From: Bacteroidales bacterium | Lineage (GTDB): Bacteria; Bacteroidota; Bacteroidia; Bacteroidales; Muribaculaceae | Reading direction: 5' to 3' | DNA length: 64,000 nt | Assembly: GCA_019415705.1 (NCBI GenBank) | Contig: DXYS01000006.1 | Coordinates: 30,618 to 94,617, forward strand | Shown: piece by piece, positions 61,449-64,000 of the stretch | Position numbering within the stretch: the first letter of the stretch is position 1 | Layout of the letters: the number at the start of each line of letters is the position of its first letter | Translations under genes and position numbers: made by a program | Notes under the pieces: generated by a model | Database searches by the model: none | Told to the model about the DNA's origin: nothing | What the model saw: the letters and a program-made list of their open reading frames with translations, nothing else

Positions 61449-63773
61449 ATGACGAGGTGCTGCCGATTGATCATTTTTCTCTCTCTCATCACCATCGCGA
61501 TGGGCATCAGCCCCGCGCCCGCACAGGCGCGGGGCGAAAATCATTCGGTGGGACTGGTGCTCAGCGGCGGCGGCGCAAAAGGCATAGCCCATATCGGAGT
61601 CATCAAAGCCCTGACCGACAACAATATCCCGATTGACTATATCACCGGCACATCAATGGGCGCCATTGTCGGCGGCCTATACAGCATCGGCTACACTCCC
61701 GAGGAGATGATAGAGCTGATACTATCGGAGGACTTCTCCTACTGGTCGACCGGCACTATAAATCCGCGGTTGCGCTATTTCTTTACAGGCTCAGAGCGCA
61801 AACCGCTTGCCCTGTCCGTACCGATAGGTCGCCGCGACAGCTCCGACGCCGTGCCGCAGAGTCTGATATCGCCGTTGCCGATGAACTTTGCCTTCATGGA
61901 GCTCTTCGCGCCATACACCGCTCAGTCGGCCGGAAATTTCGACCGCCTGATGCTGCCCTTCCGTTGCGTGGCCTCCGACGTCGAGGCCAAACGCAAAGTC
62001 GTCTTCTCACACGGCTCCCTCGGCGATGCCATCCGCGCGTCGATGAGCTTCCCGGCGGTTTTTGCCCCGACCGAAATAGACGGCAACCTGCTATATGACG
62101 GCGGCATCTACGACAACTTCCCGGTCGATGTGATGCGCCGCGACTTCGCGCCGGGCATCATGATAGGCGTCGATGTCTCGCAGTCGTCAAACGGCCCCCA
62201 GACCTCAATTGTCGACCAGCTCAGCAACATGGTCATACAGAACAACGACTACAATCTGCCGCCGGACGAAGGCATAAAGATGCGCATCAATCTCGACCGT
62301 TTCTCGCTCCTTGATTTTGCAAAAGCACGCGAAATATATCAGATAGGCTATGACCACACCATGTCTATGATGGATTCCATCAAAAGCCGCGTTACGGCAC
62401 GGTCAGATTCGACCGAACGCGCCCTGCGCCGCGCTGTCTTCAAATCGCATACGCCCTATATGAGATTTGCCTCCGACGGAGTCACTGTCACGGGCGGCAC
62501 GTGGCATCAGAACGAATTCATACGCTATCTATTCGAGCACCAACGCAAAAACAAGGCTGACACATTCGGCATAAACGACGCTCGCCGGGCCTACTACATG
62601 GCCTTGTCGACCGGTAAGCTCAACAATCTGACCGTTCAGGCTGATTACAACGACTCGACCGACCTGTTCGACCTCAGCCTGCGCGCCTCGGTCAAACGCG
62701 ACATCAGTGTCGGTTTCGGCGGCTATATAACATCGTCGAGCAACAGCTATCTGTTCTTCAACGCCGCATATTCGACACTGAGTTTCCACTCAGTCGGCGC
62801 CGATGTCAACGCGTGGGTCGGCCAGAGCTATATGGCTGCAAGCGCCTCCGGGCGCCTCTTTCTGCCTACTGCCGTGCCCTCGATGGTGGGTCTCGAGGCC
62901 GTGGCCGTCCGCCGCAAATTCTACGAAAACGACTATCTATTCTATGAAGACCGCGTGCCGACATTCATAATAGCACGCGACTATTTCGGACGTCTTAAAT
63001 GGAGCCTTGCGACCGGCTATCTCGGCAAAATCGAGGTAGGCGCCGGCTACGGCCATCTGATACGCTCGTTCTACAGCAACAACGCCCATGAGACATATCG
63101 CCTAGGCCGCGACAAAGCACGTTACAATCTCTATCAGGCATACGCGGCCTTCAGTTCCAACACGCTCGACGACATCAACTTCCCGACACGCGGCGCGTCA
63201 TACACACTGAGAGCCATGGGATTCACCGGACGCTATAACTTCGAGTCCGCGTCAGCCGCGGTCACGGCCGAACGCTCGACACCGCGATGGGTACAGGCCG
63301 AAATCGCCACTCGCAACTATCTTACGCTCGGGCGTCACTGGAGCCTCGGCTTGGAGAGCGACATAATGCTATCCACACGCAAATTGCACGGCAACTATGA
63401 CGCGTCGATAATCACCGCCCCGGATTATACCCCGACTCCCGCGTCAAACAACACATTCAATCCCGCCTTCCGCGCAAACAGCTTTATCGCCGCCGCCATC
63501 GTGCCCGTCTACCGTTTTAATGACAATCTGTCGGCCCGTGTGTTCGGCTCGGGATTCCTGCCGGTGCGTAAAATACTCGAAGACAGCAATGGCCGTGCAT
63601 TTTACGGGCGCCACTTCGCGTCGTCAGAGTTTTACGGCGAATTTGACGTGACCTACCGTTTCCCCTTCGCCGCGCTGTCAGGCTATGTCAACTACTCGAC
63701 CTATCCGGCCCGAAACTGGAACGCCGGCATCTCGTTGGGCATCTACCTGACCGCTCCCAAATTTTTAAGGTGA
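61449..63773 (+). CDS. Patatin-like phospholipase with C-terminal outer-membrane beta-barrel-like region
   Basis: 774 aa. Motifs are GLVLSGGGAKGIAHIGV (oxyanion), GTSMGAIVG (GxSxG) and YDGGIYDNFP (catalytic Asp). Confidence 0.85.
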   Translation: MTRCCRLIIFLSLITIAMGISPAPAQARGENHSVGLVLSGGGAKGIAHIGVIKALTDNNIPIDYITGTSMGAIVGGLYSIGYTPEEMIELILSEDFSYWSTGTINPRLRYFFTGSERKPLALSVPIGRRDSSDAVPQSLISPLPMNFAFMELFAPYTAQSAGNFDRLMLPFRCVASDVEAKRKVVFSHGSLGDAIRASMSFPAVFAPTEIDGNLLYDGGIYDNFPVDVMRRDFAPGIMIGVDVSQSSNGPQTSIVDQLSNMVIQNNDYNLPPDEGIKMRINLDRFSLLDFAKAREIYQIGYDHTMSMMDSIKSRVTARSDSTERALRRAVFKSHTPYMRFASDGVTVTGGTWHQNEFIRYLFEHQRKNKADTFGINDARRAYYMALSTGKLNNLTVQADYNDSTDLFDLSLRASVKRDISVGFGGYITSSSNSYLFFNAAYSTLSFHSVGADVNAWVGQSYMAASASGRLFLPTAVPSMVGLEAVAVRRKFYENDYLFYEDRVPTFIIARDYFGRLKWSLATGYLGKIEVGAGYGHLIRSFYSNNAHETYRLGRDKARYNLYQAYAAFSSNTLDDINFPTRGASYTLRAMGFTGRYNFESASAAVTAERSTPRWVQAEIATRNYLTLGRHWSLGLESDIMLSTRKLHGNYDASIITAPDYTPTPASNNTFNPAFRANSFIAAAIVPVYRFNDNLSARVFGSGFLPVRKILEDSNGRAFYGRHFASSEFYGEFDVTYRFPFAALSGYVNYSTYPARNWNAGISLGIYLTAPKFLR

Positions 63774-63802
63774 AAAAGTTTGCATAATCAGATGTAAATC
63801 AC

Positions 63803-63810
63803 TACCTTTG
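63803..63810 (+). promoter_or_regulatory. -7 box TACCTTTG for rplU
   Basis: TAnnTTTG match about 98 nt upstream of ATG 63908. The leader contains a gcgcgac/gtcgcgc hairpin. Confidence 0.4.
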
Positions 63811-63907
63811 TGCGCTAAATTTTTCGCAATAGGCAGTGACTAAGCGCGCGACAGCCTTTTAAGTCGCGCCGCCTCAGCGGGTTAACTTTCAATACATACA
63901 ACATCAA

Positions 63908-64000
63908 ATGTACGTTATCGTAGAAATTCAGGGACAGCAGTTCAAAGCTGAAAAAGACAAATTCCTGTATGTTCATTATCTCGGCGAGCAAGTAAAAGAA
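63908..64000 (+). CDS. rplU: 50S ribosomal protein L21, N-terminal 31 codons (3' end lies outside the window)
   Basis: MYVIVEIQGQQFKAEKDKFLYVHYLGEQVKE matches the conserved L21 N-terminus. Confidence 0.9.
   Translation, partial: MYVIVEIQGQQFKAEKDKFLYVHYLGEQVKE

Overview
High-GC Bacteroidales-type chromosomal segment. Supporting signs are a SusC/SusD pair, a hybrid two-component regulator, TAnnTTTG -7 promoter boxes, T9SS-type C-terminal sorting domains and the tmRNA tag GENNYALAA. I cannot assign the family by eye.

Layout:
- 1-34.4 kb: xylA/xylE, then a large polysaccharide utilisation locus. It holds a CE8 pectinesterase, a PL1 pectate lyase, a non-catalytic CBM protein, a GH3 with a PA14 insert, the HTCS regulator, lipoproteins around SusC/SusD, a GH43, an AT-rich unknown gene and a GH3 with a 2xCBM6 insert. 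Five of these proteins end in T9SS sorting domains.
- 34.5-36.3 kb: a permease-HMA metal exporter and a Fur-family regulator.
- 36.3-45.8 kb: an accessory block. A WYL-domain regulator sits between an rtcB-prfH RNA/ribosome repair pair plus an AAA+ ATPase on one side, and an ADP-ribosylglycohydrolase / flavin reductase / small Rossmann-like protein operon on the other. A vWA protein and a 5'-truncated choloylglycine-hydrolase remnant follow, the remnant abutting ssrA.
- 45.8-64 kb: tmRNA, nhaC, an acetylxylan-esterase-like gene, tRNA-Arg(ACG), then housekeeping genes (glycerate kinase, 5'-nucleotidase, NagZ-beta-lactamase fusion, PAP2, OmpA, esterase, CDF, patatin) up to the start of rplU.

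I recognised no rRNA, CRISPR array, transposase or integrase.

Most notable observations:
1. rtcB has no stop codon and reads straight into prfH, whose N-terminus lies in another frame (1-nt offset at a CCC run).
2. The WYL / RtcB / PrfH / ADP-ribosylglycohydrolase locus looks like a candidate ribosome-damage response system.
3. The PUL's HTCS has HisKA, REC and AraC domains but no room for an ATPase (HATPase_c) domain.
4. A promoter-plus-terminator unit upstream of the first GH3 is a candidate ~180-nt sRNA.
5. An AT-rich, mosaic T9SS gene of unknown function is inserted in the PUL.

All functional calls rest on reading motifs in the supplied translations. No database search was run.
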